A stretch of DNA of 63,123 nucleotides, filler included, from Rhabdomonas costata (lineage: Eukaryota), in assembly GCA_019059605.1 (NCBI GenBank). It is 43 parts of 43 records of this genome, joined end to end, with 100 filler letters (N's around TTAATTAATTAA, not from the genome) between each part and the next. Parts side by side here need not be neighbours in the genome. Positions count along the whole stretch, not along the records: positions 25,005 to 26,375 come from JAHMHO010017947.1; positions 26,476 to 27,845 come from JAHMHO010017948.1; positions 27,946 to 29,315 come from JAHMHO010017949.1; positions 29,416 to 30,785 come from JAHMHO010017950.1; positions 30,886 to 32,253 come from JAHMHO010017951.1; positions 32,354 to 33,723 come from JAHMHO010017952.1; positions 33,824 to 35,197 come from JAHMHO010017953.1; positions 35,298 to 36,667 come from JAHMHO010017954.1; 35 more parts are not named here. The stretch is one strand, 5' to 3'. Position 1 is the stretch's first letter. The number at the start of each line of letters is the position of its first letter. Below the pieces are notes generated by a model. The model saw nothing but the letters and a program-made list of their open reading frames with translations. It was not told the origin of the DNA and made no database searches. Both the position numbers and the translations under genes were made by a program. Positions 25,578 to 37,800 of the stretch are shown here, piece by piece.

Positions 25578-26375
25578 GTCTGGCTTTCGTCTGCTGTTCC
25601 TGAAGCTGACTCATTAGCAGCGGAGGCTGCGGTGTGCGCGATAGCCCACCGGGCAACGCTGGAGGGTCTGGAGAACGTTGTGAGGTATATTGGAATGGGG
25701 ATAGGTAGTCCCTTACACCGTGTGCTGCGTATTAATATGACGCTTGACCTCAACCCACCACCAAGCTCCTTTCAATAAGAGAAGGATCGTGTTCGGATCT
25801 GGATTGTATTTACGTTTGTCAGGTCCTCTCTCCCCTCATTCATAAAGTTTGCAGTGGTATGCCTCGCTAAAACTCGATACACGGTCATGTTCCACGTCGC
25901 AACATCTCAATGTCAGCCACAGTCGTCCGAACGTTTTCCTCATCGCGTCTCCCCCACGATTCACTTTTGATCAAATCACCCGTGCCATAACCGAATAGAC
26001 CTCCTTTAAATTCCTCAACCTCCCTCAATCTACCGTTTAATCTCAGAAATGTCGTTGAACCACCCCATGCCGATCTTCTCGTCTACTGGGGCACCGCCAC
26101 CGGGGTGGAATCTGAGTCCACCGCAAAGCTGGATGCTGCCTTGAAAGCCGTATCCACCGCAGTGCTGCGTGGACCTCAGCCCACGGCGAAGGAGCTGCGG
26201 GCCGTCCTGGCCAAGTCTCCTGCCGCGGCGCAATACGAACAGCTCAACGACAACGTACTAAGCCCGGCCTTTGGCCGCCGCGGTGGGGCGCTGTTCCTAT
26301 ACCTCAGCCAAAGTGTGTGCCTTGGGCTGGTTCGGCGTGTGGAGCGGGAGCGCCGGGGTGGGCGGGCGTACCGGT
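25578..26375 (+). CDS. Unidentified protein, at least two exons
   Basis: Exons 25578-25684 and 26047 to contig end join in phase 2 (ENVVR|NVVEPPHADLLVYWG...). Confidence 0.5.
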
Positions 26376-26475
26376 NNNNNNNNNNNNNNNNNNNNNNNNN
26401 NNNNNNNNNNNNNNNNNNNTTAATTAATTAANNNNNNNNNNNNNNNNNNNNNNNNNNNNNNNNNNNNNNNNNNNN

Positions 26476-26810
26476 AGGAAGTCCCCAAGGAACTTCAGCA
26501 GAAGGTCCTTCCCCAGCTGCCCCACGCACTCCCCGTGGTCCCCAAGCACGCACACGTTGCACTGCAGGATCAGGAAGGTGGGCAGCGTTGGGGTGAAGTA
26601 GATGTCGGAGTACCCCGGGTTGAACCGGTTGGTGGAGTTGGAGCGCCACCCCACGCTGCGCGCCAGGGGACCGGTCTGCATGGTGGGGGCTTGGGTGATG
26701 TCGTAGTCGGGTACGAACAAGGACAGGGTGTCAAACTTCGGCATCAGCGTCACCGGGTCCAGGGGGTAGATCTCCTCCCCCATAACGCTGTACAGGGGTA
26801 AATGAAACAC
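26476..26810 (-). CDS. Exon encoding the C-terminal part of a dCache-like extracellular sensor domain
   Basis: GYSDIYFTPTLPTFLILQCNVCVLGDHGECVGQLGKDLLLKFLGDF resembles the dCache_1 pattern W..PY...L.IT..PV...G...GV.G.DI.L..LS.FL; acceptor ttgcag at 26811. Confidence 0.55.
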
Positions 26811-28049
26811 CTGCAACCCGAAATATCTGCACTGACCTTGCGCTGATGGAGGGAGACCAAGTGTACGCAGAAGGCACAAAACGCTCCAGATTCCCCGTCA
26901 GTAATTCTTAGATCGTACAGCACTAAAGCTAAACGAATGCTACAATGCCGGTGCACACGGGGGCCTTCCTCGAGAGCTGAGAATGAGGAGAAGCTGGTTA
27001 GCGGAGTTTAATGGTTGCAGGGCAGTGCTGCTAAGTTGTCTCCACCCCCGCAGGACAAGGGGGTCACAGACTGTGGTGGACTCTGTTCCGCAGGCGATCC
27101 GCAAAACCGTCGGCAGTCGAACCGATGGTTGGTTGCGGGTAGGGGGCCCGGGACCAACGTGAACCGCGTGATAAAGGGACACTGAGGTTGCTTCCTTGTA
27201 ATTCCTTGTAACTTCATTCCATGGAGTTGTTAGAGGGCTTCATCAACTCAGATCGATAAGGCCCAGCTCAACTTGAATGACACTTGAACAAAGAAAACTG
27301 CCGAGTATGGGGGAGAAGAAATCCCTCATTGATGAGTCATGGCGCAGGACGAGCAACCGCTTCTTTCTGTTGGTCTCCCCTGAGTCTCAGGTAAACCGAG
27401 TCCCTGAGAACTGAAGGGCCTCATTCACACTGTTGTCAGTATATTTTCAGTTACCATCGCGCAAGATGCATCGAAGAGATTCCAATCCGAGTCATGAGGC
27501 AATACTCGAACAATAGGACTCTGAAGCTCAGCTCTGCAAAGCGTTTCTGCAGCGAGCGCATTCTGAGGAATCGACATTTTTCATTTTTTCACCTTACTTC
27601 TCAAAAAGCAACTCGACAACAGACAACACAAACCGAAACCTACCAGAGGTGGCGTGTCCTCGTCATGCTCTTTGCAATCAAAGAAGAACGTTGATGGGAG
27701 AGTTAAACATATTCGGCATATTCGGCTGCCACTGCTCTGAAGGAAGCTCAGGTTGCGTTCCCGCGAACGAATACGCTCCGATCGCCGTCGATGCCAGTCC
27801 TTGCTCACGTTCAACTTTCGAGTGGATCGTATCCCAACCACAACCNNNNNNNNNNNNNNNNNNNNNNNNNNNNNNNNNNNNNNNNNNNNTTAATTAATTA
27901 ANNNNNNNNNNNNNNNNNNNNNNNNNNNNNNNNNNNNNNNNNNNNGGGTTGTTTTAAATTTACAGCAGCCGTCCCGAAACGCTGCAAGATGATGGATCCG
28001 AGCCTGTTCTTACCGTCCCATCGACCCCTCCACCATCCACCACGCACAC

Positions 28050-28646
28050 CTCACAGATGGTGGTAAGGGCCATCATGGTGCGGGGGATCCCGTTGTAGGC
28101 CATGTTCTGCAGCACCACCTCCGTGCCCGCGGCGTGCTGGTCCTGCGGGAGGCTCTCCCACAGCTTGGACAGCCGGAACAGGTTCCCGCTGGCGGTGTAC
28201 CCCGCGATCTGGCATAAGTTCGCCGTGGCATCGTCTGCGACCAAAGGTTCAAAAGAAAGACGTGCAAAAAACATACAGAGAGGTGTTACAATGCTGAAGA
28301 CTGGAGGTGCCTGAGGTCGTCTTCATTCACTCGCTCACAGCAAATTTTCTTCCCGCAAAACCCTGATCTTCAATCCTGCCTTCCACCACATGGTTATTCT
28401 TTCACATTTTCCTCTAAGGCTAATACAGGCGAGCAGGTGATCGGGTCACGTTATGAGTCAGCTGAACTGCAATCTCAGTTCCACACACCGATATACTCGG
28501 ATCGATCGATCATGGATCCTTCCCTCGAAAAAAAAAAACACGAATCGACGATGGCATGAGAGCGCACCGAGTCGGGAGTGGATCGACGCGGCGCGACCAG
28601 GAGGGGACTTCCGCACCAAGGCCCCGGCAGCCCGACGAATCGACAT
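28050..28646 (-). CDS. Carboxymuconolactone decarboxylase/AhpD-family protein with a putative mitochondrial presequence (first two exons)
   Basis: Exon 1 28646-28568 MSIRRAAGALVRKSPPGRAASIHSRL follows a long pyrimidine tract. Exon 2 28234-28050 has EVVLQNMAYNGIPRTMMAL (CMD E..LQ...Y.G.PR...AL). Phase-1 join. Confidence 0.7.
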
Positions 28647-29697
28647 CGCAGGGCAGAGAAAAGCAGAGGGAAGAGAAATCGCAGAGAGATTTGAGAAAGG
28701 AAAGTGGAGAGGGAAAAAGGAAAGGGAGAGGGAACTCGCAAGAGGAAAGCAGCAAAACGAGCTCGGAACAAGAAGCTGAATTCCGCCCCATCCAGTTTTT
28801 CCAACGCACCTCGCCAACCGACACCAGTAAACGAGAGGCTGAAAGCAGACTGCGCTGCAGATTTTCCCTCATTGCCACATGGCTTCTCTTGGATTCAGTA
28901 ACATGGTCGCAACTTTCTCTGGGAGAGAAACGGGGAGAAGGAAGGGAGGGCCGTCTCAATAAGCCCCCCCCCCGCCTATCACCGTTTCAGAGAGGAGTCA
29001 GCCGCCTGCTCCTTCCCGCCCAACACAGAAGTTTCACAACTTCACAACAGCCATTGGGTGGGCTGGGGTAAGGTTGCAGCCAAAGACGGCTCCCAACGGG
29101 GTCATCTCCGAAAAGCAGAGCAAGGAAACCACACCGCACAACTCACCTTCACAACGACAAGCAATTTTTGGCGAGCTATCCATCCATTCATCTATCCATG
29201 GAAAGATGGATCTATATTTACACCAAGCGCCCATCTACCATTCTATGACATGATACTACTACGTGGGATGCAACGAAGAAGCCCCTCCCACACTCTGCTT
29301 AGGGTGCTGGAAGGTNNNNNNNNNNNNNNNNNNNNNNNNNNNNNNNNNNNNNNNNNNNNTTAATTAATTAANNNNNNNNNNNNNNNNNNNNNNNNNNNNN
29401 NNNNNNNNNNNNNNNTTTGGGTCATTTTCATATGATGCCGCCACTTGACACATTGACAATTGCTGTAAAGCGGTAAGTTCACAGGGAGCACAGCACATGA
29501 CTCTGAGCAACATTTTTTTACTTCTTTCGGAAGTATACACAGCTATTGGAGCACCTGATTCACGGAAATTTGCTTCAAAGACGAATCCGTAGCCATGAAC
29601 AATGACACAAACCATTGAAACTGGTTCAACGTCTGCGAGTCATGCAACATATATATGCAAACCTCACTTGCTGGTGGAGAACTAACCAACGCATTTG

Positions 29698-30318
29698 TCA
29701 GTGTGCCGGGATGGCCACCCAAGGTTTGGGGTCCATGGGCTCATTTTCAAACAAGCCCTCCACGCACAGCGTGAATGGGTCCAGATGAGCCTTCACCTCG
29801 GACTTTCCGGCAGGAGGGGATACCCACAAAATGGCCCCCGTCACAGCAAAGCTGGGCGCCAGGGTGAACTCAAACTGTCCCTCGAACCGGTAGTTCCGGT
29901 CAAATGGCCCCTGTTTTGGAAAGACCCCGGAAAGAGACCACAACTGATGTCCTCCCCGAAGCACCTGCGACGTGAACTTCGCTTGGTACCTGAACTGGCC
30001 ATCCGCCACAACGTTATACAGACTGCTTGGGCACAGTGCCATCAGCTTCCTGTACCCCTCCAGAGTACCAAACTCGCTGCACAGCCGCTGAAGTGCGGGG
30101 TAAGACGGGAAAAGGGTCCGCAGGAGCGCCTTCCAAAGTTCTGGGGATCGCACCGCAACCTCCCATCGGTGGCAAACTTCTCTCAAGGAAAGCAAGTCTT
30201 GGCAGCAAAGGTGGTATAGAACCACTTCCAGAAGCTCCGAGGGAAAGGCTGAGACAGTTGAGGTGGGCATTGGTCTGGCAAGGGCAGTGGGTATTGCAGA
30301 CTGTGGGGCTTCCGCCAT
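29698..30318 (-). CDS. F-box protein with unidentified C-terminal domain
   Basis: FPSELLEVVLYHLCCQDLLSLREVCHRWEVAVRSPELWKAL is an F-box motif; ATG 30318 lies just after a ctccag acceptor; stop at 29698. Confidence 0.85.
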   Translation of the reverse strand: MAEAPQSAIPTALARPMPTSTVSAFPSELLEVVLYHLCCQDLLSLREVCHRWEVAVRSPELWKALLRTLFPSYPALQRLCSEFGTLEGYRKLMALCPSSLYNVVADGQFRYQAKFTSQVLRGGHQLWSLSGVFPKQGPFDRNYRFEGQFEFTLAPSFAVTGAILWVSPPAGKSEVKAHLDPFTLCVEGLFENEPMDPKPWVAIPAH

Positions 30319-30985
30319 TATCTGGAGAAACAAGCACTCTGGAAAGTAAGGTGACAGGAGGAACCGTCCAAGTTGTGCAAAGAGCTCCCCGTCCATCTCA
30401 GAGTCATCATTTTTTTGGGGTCATTTCTGAAAATGCCTTTTTCAAAAAAACCGCCAACCTTCCGTTGCGCAAACCACACGCACAGCAACCTTACGCTATC
30501 CATTCCATGCCATCACCTGCTTCCGCTCACCGAATCAACATAGGCAGAACTTCAGAATGTCTAGAATTCAAACAAATTGGACAACCATGCAACGCGGTTG
30601 AGCGGCTAACACCATGCCATCATATCCAACCGGCCGAGGCCAAGACTTGAAAGTGGGCAAACACCAACACCCCCCAGACATGCAGTGGTGGGGAGGAAAC
30701 AAAAGCAAAACCATCACGCGAGCACCATGCCACAGCGGAATAAAGATGCATTTCGGAACCAGGCTCTTCGAGGGGCACCAAAAACNNNNNNNNNNNNNNN
30801 NNNNNNNNNNNNNNNNNNNNNNNNNNNNNTTAATTAATTAANNNNNNNNNNNNNNNNNNNNNNNNNNNNNNNNNNNNNNNNNNNNGTTGGTGGGTTCTTC
30901 CTTTTTGCTTAAACATGACTTCCGTGTGACTGCATTGGTTAATTTTGGACTTCGAGTCCTATCAGAAGTCAATGCCCATTCACAG

Positions 30986-31366
30986 GTGTCCTTCATTGAG
31001 GAAATCACTGGTGCCGGGCCTCAGTGGAGCCGGCTTTGTTGCAGCTCTTTATTGGGGTTGTATTTGTTTCAAAAACGCTGAAGCCTGCGACCTTTTTGTG
31101 AGTGGGGGGTGCATTTGTACATGTCTTTGGAGTCTTGGCAGTGTTCAGAATGGATAGTAAGTAAGGTGCAGCTGTTAAATGACGCGTATGGGAGCCACTC
31201 TGGAATAGAAATTGTGAATGTCTGTGTTTGTGGGCTATAGGTGGTTCAACCCCGACAAGCACCCCGAGATGGTGGTGATCGTGGTTGGTCAGCCGATGAT
31301 CTACAACAACCGCGTCACTCCAGTGCAGCCCACTATCGGCATCCCCCTGGAAGACAACCCTAACCA
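30986..31366 (+). CDS. Unidentified protein, two exons
   Basis: Exons 30986-31023 and 31241-31366 join in phase 2: VSFIEEITGAGPQWFNPDKHPEMVVIVVGQPMIYNNRV... Confidence 0.5.
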
Positions 31367-32459
31367 GTATGTGTGCGCGAGCGCTTGGGAGTTGACGAAG
31401 AGTGGGAGGCCATAACAGAACTCTAGACGTGTTAGTCTGAGTTTCGATGGGATGGTCATCTCTGTACGACGGCGACAGCGGCAAGTTAGAAGACGAGAAA
31501 GAAGCGGCTGGGAGCGCCAAACACGGGTGTGGAAGCTTTCACCAGGAAAGGTTTTCTTCATCCGAAGGTGAGAAGTATGTATGGGTATGTATGTGTAGTG
31601 GTTCGAATGGGTCCACCGCCCACAAAGAAAATTTTCATCTAACAAGTGCTGCAATTTCTTCGTTGCAGAAAAGAGGTCAGAAGCCCAGACTACAGAAGCA
31701 ACTCATCGGAAACGGTGTAGTTTTCATGGGAGCAGCAAAGGAGATGATATGCAAGTGCGCTATATATATGAGAGCACAGGTGGGCGAGCAGCAAAAAAGG
31801 CCCCACGGAGTCAGCTGCCCACAATCGTTTCCCGTTTCAAGTGTCTTTTCCGCCAAAGTGATAGTGTGAATAACTTTTTGAGGTTACGTAACGACACCAA
31901 AACGGGTGTAGTCACCTCAGGAGGAGGGCCCAGTGCTTTTTTTTTCTTTTCCCCTTCAGCCCAGTCTCTCATTTTCACCCCCTTTTTTCGGCCCTTCTCG
32001 CAGGAGTGAAGATCCGAAGACGATTCCCGAGCCCAACCACGAAGGCTAAATACAGTCAGTGCAGACTCCCTGCAATACAGCAGACCAGATAGTTTTTTAT
32101 CACCCCCTGTAGAGGAAACTCACCTGTCCATGCCCATCCTTCACGCCCCCCGCGCTACTTCCTCTCACTTCCACCGTAGCCGATTCTGTCTGTAGCACCG
32201 CTCCCGCAACGAGAAAGTGGGCCTGGCTGATAGTTTTGATGTGTGTGTGTTTTNNNNNNNNNNNNNNNNNNNNNNNNNNNNNNNNNNNNNNNNNNNNTTA
32301 ATTAATTAANNNNNNNNNNNNNNNNNNNNNNNNNNNNNNNNNNNNNNNNNNNNGGGTTTGGTTCCCGTCAAGGTCGAAGAAATTATATGGATTTGAATGG
32401 CCTATTGTGGATGAGTAGAAAACCCGCACTTACAACCGGTCCAAAGGACACACGCGCAC

Positions 32460-33227
32460 CCGTGATAGGCCCTGCTCCAGGGCCTGCTGCACCTCCTCCG
32501 TCGAGGCTCCAGAGATATATATGATCTCCTCCAGTGTGGCGGCACGGCCAAGTTCCGTTAGCACCGCCTGCGCCTCCTCGGTTAGATTACGTAGCAACTT
32601 ACGTCTCCTGGTCGCCCTCTCCATGAAGGCCTTGTAGAGATCGCGAAGTGTCTTCCACACGTCGCCCTCTGTGGATGCGAAGCGGATCGTGGATCCGGGA
32701 ATGGGAAAGGTGAACGCATTCCGTTCAGCCACATCTAAAAAAAATGCAGTTCACTCTCCATCCTCTTCGGAAAACTCAAAGCAAATCCTACAAGTAGTTC
32801 ATTGTCACCTTCCTTCCTTCCTTGACGACTTGACTATCAAAAGCTCTGCACCCAAGCACCCAATCTTCTCCGGCTGGCAGCCTTTCCGAGGCTAATGAAC
32901 TGTTGTTTTCTCACAGCTGCGTTCTTGTGTCGACACACCCTTTTGAGTTGTCTTGGAACCTTGAAAATTGGCCTTGTGCGCAACCATTGCCGTCGAAAGT
33001 GTTCCCCTGTTCTCTGAGAAAGCAGAAGTTTTTTCTGTTTTCTCAGAGAACAGAGGAACACGGAAAGAAGCATAGGTGTTTTGCGACAGGTTCGAACCTC
33101 GGATCAGATCCGCGTTGACCTTGGCCACGCCCTGCGCAGAGAGCCAGCCCAGCATAACTTTCTCGTCCGCAGCAAGGGAAAACCCCAGCCGAGCCTCAAG
33201 CACATCCACAATGGAGTACTTGGTCAT
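32460..33227 (-). CDS. Unidentified protein, first two exons
   Basis: Exon 33227-33098 (MTKYSIVDVLEARLGF...) joins exon 32734-32460 in phase 1 with GT-AG borders. Confidence 0.6.
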
Positions 33228-33823
33228 CGTAAAAAAGGAAGCGTAAAAAAAAAGGCAAATGCAAACTGAAAGACTGACGGAGCACAAGGGGACAGCACAG
33301 TTGACAAAACACGTGCGATTTGCTAATTTCTGAAGAATCAGTAGAAGCGGGAAATCGCAAAGGGTGTTTTCGGAAACAATAAGACCAACCTCTCATGACC
33401 CTGTTCCACTGAAACCCACCGGACAGGGGAAACAGAAGATGTGTGTGTGTTTCCCTATAGCCCGCTATAGACCCCTTGGGCATTCCATCCTCTAGTAGGA
33501 ACTGATTTTTCATCTGCCCGCCTCGAGCGAGCTGCGATTCATCTGGATGCATTATTCAAAAGAAAAATGAAGGGTGCACAAGAATCCATTCTAATCACAA
33601 ACAAGAAAACCGCATTGCATTCATCATTGCAGGAAGCGATGCAAGACATGAACACCATATCTGCCGAGGTCCTGCTGAAGACTAGTACGACAAACCTGAC
33701 AACAACCCCCAAACACCCAACACNNNNNNNNNNNNNNNNNNNNNNNNNNNNNNNNNNNNNNNNNNNNTTAATTAATTAANNNNNNNNNNNNNNNNNNNNN
33801 NNNNNNNNNNNNNNNNNNNNNNN

Positions 33824-34868
33824 GGGGTGGGGTGTGGAAGGAGGTTGCCTCAGCGGTGGTGAGTGTGCGGAGCAGCAGTGGCTTTGCAGTGGAGCAGCGC
33901 AGGTGGTGGAGAAGTGCACTTGCGGTGATTCAGAAACTGTCGTCGTCTATGGAGGGCAGTGGAGGCCGCGCGTACGCGAGGGTGCTGGTGGACGCTGGGG
34001 TGGTGGAGTGGTGCTTTGAGGCTCTGGCGGATTGCGGAACTGGGTATTCTTTGTACTCTTTGGAGTACACCGCAGCGTTACTGCTGAATCTGTGCACCAC
34101 TCTGGAGGTGTTTGCCCATCTTTGCCAACGGAATTTCTCCGTGGTGCTCTTTAGTTTCTGTCCTTTTCTTTTGTCGCAAGTATGTAAAGCACCTATTCTT
34201 GTAAATGCTCGATATTAAAGTCCTCTCTTGTTTTGAAAGGGGAAGCTTCATCATTGCGTTGCTCGTCGATGGGCAATCAGAGCGGCGTTCCTGGAGGCAG
34301 GGAGTAATACATCAGGAGAATAAATTGGAGGTACTCAAGGTGTTATATCTTAATCCTTTTTAGAGATAAACTGCTGGATGCCCATGTGTGTATTCCAAAC
34401 ATTCATGCATTCAGTTGTGGCTTTCCCTTGCAGGGGCTTCGCCGACTTTCGGAAGCTGGGCACTGCAGTGTGGTTCCGCTTTTGCAGCACCTTCCGCAGC
34501 TTCCTTCTTCTAATGCTCGGGTGTTCACCGCGGGGGCGGTTTACGTACTTCTTGGCGCTCAAGAGTACAAAGCCCTCTCTGAGGTAGAGATTGCCTTAGA
34601 AGCTCTACGCGATCCGCAGGTAACCATTCCGCTGGACTTACCTCTGGAGCGGTTGTTGGCTCAGCTCAATGCAGAATCAATTTCTCCGGCACAATGGGAC
34701 CAGCGCTGGACTCGAGGGCGAAGTGGCTCTATGGTGGACGAGCAGTTGGAAGCAGAGGAGTATGCAGAGGAGTTCGAGGAGGATTCGACTGTGGTTTGTG
34801 AAATCGCAAAAGCAAACCTTCTTACTGGGGAACTGTTGCTGGATGAACAGTTTACTTCTGGACAGTAG
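33824..34868 (+). CDS. ARMC9: LisH/armadillo protein ARMC9 homolog (ciliary), last two exons
   Basis: ALAVIQKLS...GVVEWCFEAL...YSLEYTAALLLNLC in the exon ending 34107. Exon 34434-34868 has FTAGAVYVLL...LLAQLN, an acidic tract and TGELLL, matching the ARMC9 C-terminal motif order. Confidence 0.8.
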
Positions 34869-37800
34869 CAACCCAGCATTCCTGGATTTCACGCTCTCTT
34901 GGTTTTCTCCCGGGTCAGGTTCGAAATTCCCATTTGCCGCTGCCGAGTTAACGAAGCAGCAAGCTGGTTTTCTGAGCTCAAATCAGAATGAGCGGTTCTG
35001 TTTCGCTTACTGCCACGAGTTTCCACGGGTATTTACCCAATATGAATATAGGCTTTACTTCGGCTGTGTACCCAGACTTTTTTGTAGTTTTTGTTTTCCT
35101 TCACTTTTTGATGTTTTGGATGTTGTCGCTTTACGACGTGTTGGAAATTGCCAGTGACGAAGGAAAACAAAAACTACAAAAAAGTCTGGGTACACACNNN
35201 NNNNNNNNNNNNNNNNNNNNNNNNNNNNNNNNNNNNNNNNNTTAATTAATTAANNNNNNNNNNNNNNNNNNNNNNNNNNNNNNNNNNNNNNNNNNNNGGG
35301 GGAGCTGAGGCTCGTAGGAGACCCCAGAGAAGTTTCCCAAGGTCGCGAATTTAGGAAAGGTGGTGTTGACCCCAGAGGGGGTGGTGTAATGCATGAAAAA
35401 GTCCGCGTCAATGGGCTCCAGAAGGTATCTAAACAGCCAAAGCCGAGCGGACAGCAAGGACTACAGGACCCGTCACAAGATGCCAGAAAGAGAGCCTACG
35501 AGGCCTGCAAGACCAAGATCGGGGCCCAGCGGAACTGTGGGAAGGGTGTTGCTATTGGGTTTTACGACGTTGCTATTGGGTTGTAGAATGGAATTAGGCC
35601 AAGAGGTTTGTGGGCTCCAGATGCCCCCGAACTTACATGCTTTCGAGTTATCAAGGTCAAAATCCATGCAATGTTCCAGCCTCAGTAATCTGCTCGGGGG
35701 ATAAACCGATTAACAACCTCCCACCCACCCAAGGCCTTGGAACGCAAGCAAGGTCACATGGCACCTGATAAAATGAAGCAGTGACCCAGAGATACTGCTG
35801 CATGAATAGGGCGTTGTGTCAGTCTAACTCAGCTTTCTGCCTGCACCTTAAATGCGCCTAAAATGTTGCCAGACTATGCACAGCACCGTTTTTTCAGGCA
35901 AGAGACACGCACGAACAGAGGGAGAAGCATCGGGGATCTGGTTCTGGGTCTGCCAAACGGACAGGAGACCGCCCCGCCCACGTCTATTTTCCGAATTTTG
36001 CTCTTTTGGATTTCCAGGTGTCGTTGGTTTTGGCAATACCAAAAAAAAAAGACCGCAGAGTAAAAAGTGAAATACCTCCGCAGGTTGGCCAGGCGCTCTG
36101 AGCTCACTCGCAGCGCAGGGCCCGCCACGCACACCGCAACCTCACGGCGGGTGGCAGGACCCAGCCATGTCTGTGGAGGCCGCACCAGTACCTCCTCGAC
36201 CGCGCTGACACCGCAGCAAAACAGACAAAGGACCCAAATCATATGAATACACAACGTCAGCTCGTGGTTAATCAGGAAGGCCTGCCCGACCCTGGAAACA
36301 AGGCCACGGAGCTTCAGCATTCCAAAACGGCGTCTGCTGCAAAGCGCAACAGGCGAGTGGGGAACAGAACCCCCTGTTGGTCTACAGCCCAAGGGCACGT
36401 CAGGACGAAGCTCACACAACAACCCGAGAACAAGAAAAACAGCAGGAGAAGAAGTCCTAAACAGCATCGCTCTGTTCCTGAAATCAGAAGGGGTAATGTG
36501 AAGCAGACACTTTCGCAGCGATGCAGCGGCAGTACCTTTATTGAGCTTTTGAAACGAGCTCCAAGACAAGCCGGAAAGATCCACAATGACCAACGGGACA
36601 AAGACGGAAAAACTATCCAGAGCACCATCATTCAGACATTGCAGCGGGCTAAAAAAAAAACAAAACANNNNNNNNNNNNNNNNNNNNNNNNNNNNNNNNN
36701 NNNNNNNNNNNTTAATTAATTAANNNNNNNNNNNNNNNNNNNNNNNNNNNNNNNNNNNNNNNNNNNNTGGGGGGGTGGGTGAGCGTTGAGTCTTCTTGTG
36801 ATCATTTTTTATGGTTATTCTTGCTTCCAGTAACGGACTCTCCCCGTTGTCAATTAGACCTTTACAGATGGTGTGTTGCAAATTTTTTTAAATGCGTTGT
36901 TGGTACAACTGCGTTTTTTTAGTTTTTTTTTAAGGGAACCATTTGATGTATCAAGACATGACGCGGACTGCAAATCTACCAGAGTAATTCCAGGGGAGGT
37001 GTGTCGCACACTGACTGCAACACCTTCCATTGACATTCAAGTGGAATTAAGAAAGACAGAAAGACAACCTGCGAATGACAACTCCGAAAAAGGATTTTCT
37101 GGTTGGTCTTATGCAAGCCGTGAGTGTAGAAATAGGTGTGGGATGGTTTGTGCAATGGTATGGGATGTCACGTACACCTTGTTTCCCAACTGTGCTTTGC
37201 CGAAGATCACATTGGATGCTCGTCTGTTCCCACTGTGGAAGAAAACTTCCTGAGGGAAATTAGTTTCGTGTGGCCAAGAAATATTCTTATGCACCTCCTA
37301 CGAGGTGTGCTTCCTCTCTGTGTTGTGCTGCGTCAGTGGGGAGCATGCCCCTCAATTGGAGGCCTTCCTGCAGCGATTCTTGACCGCCGTGGTGCCCCAG
37401 GTGCGGGCCCACGTGCTGGCCCACCCCCTGCTGAGGCTGAGGTTCGACGCCTCTGCTACAGTGAAAGACACCCTGGGCTGCGTTGTCGTGGGCATCAAGT
37501 GCGCCTCTGCGGCGATCGGTGCCTCCACGACCCACCCACTCAATCTTCCTTCTCACATCTCACGCTGTTAAGGGATGAGCGTGTCTGGAGAACTGTTTGT
37601 GCTCCTGATGGTTGTGTAGCACAGGATGTATGTTTTCTGTGTGTTTGTTGTTGTTCTGTACGGAAGGGGTAACCGCTCTATTTATGAAGGGAAAGGTTCG
37701 GGGAAGGATACGACGACGCTCGGTCTGGGGCAGGTTTTAGGAAAAGCCCAAAAGGAAGCCAGATGAGCGACCGATATTGAGAATCTGAAGCTGCAAAAGT

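Noticed and set aside
33088-33105. GGTTCGAACC T-loop-like motif suggesting a tRNA
   Set aside because: Coincides with a minus-strand splice donor; no cloverleaf.
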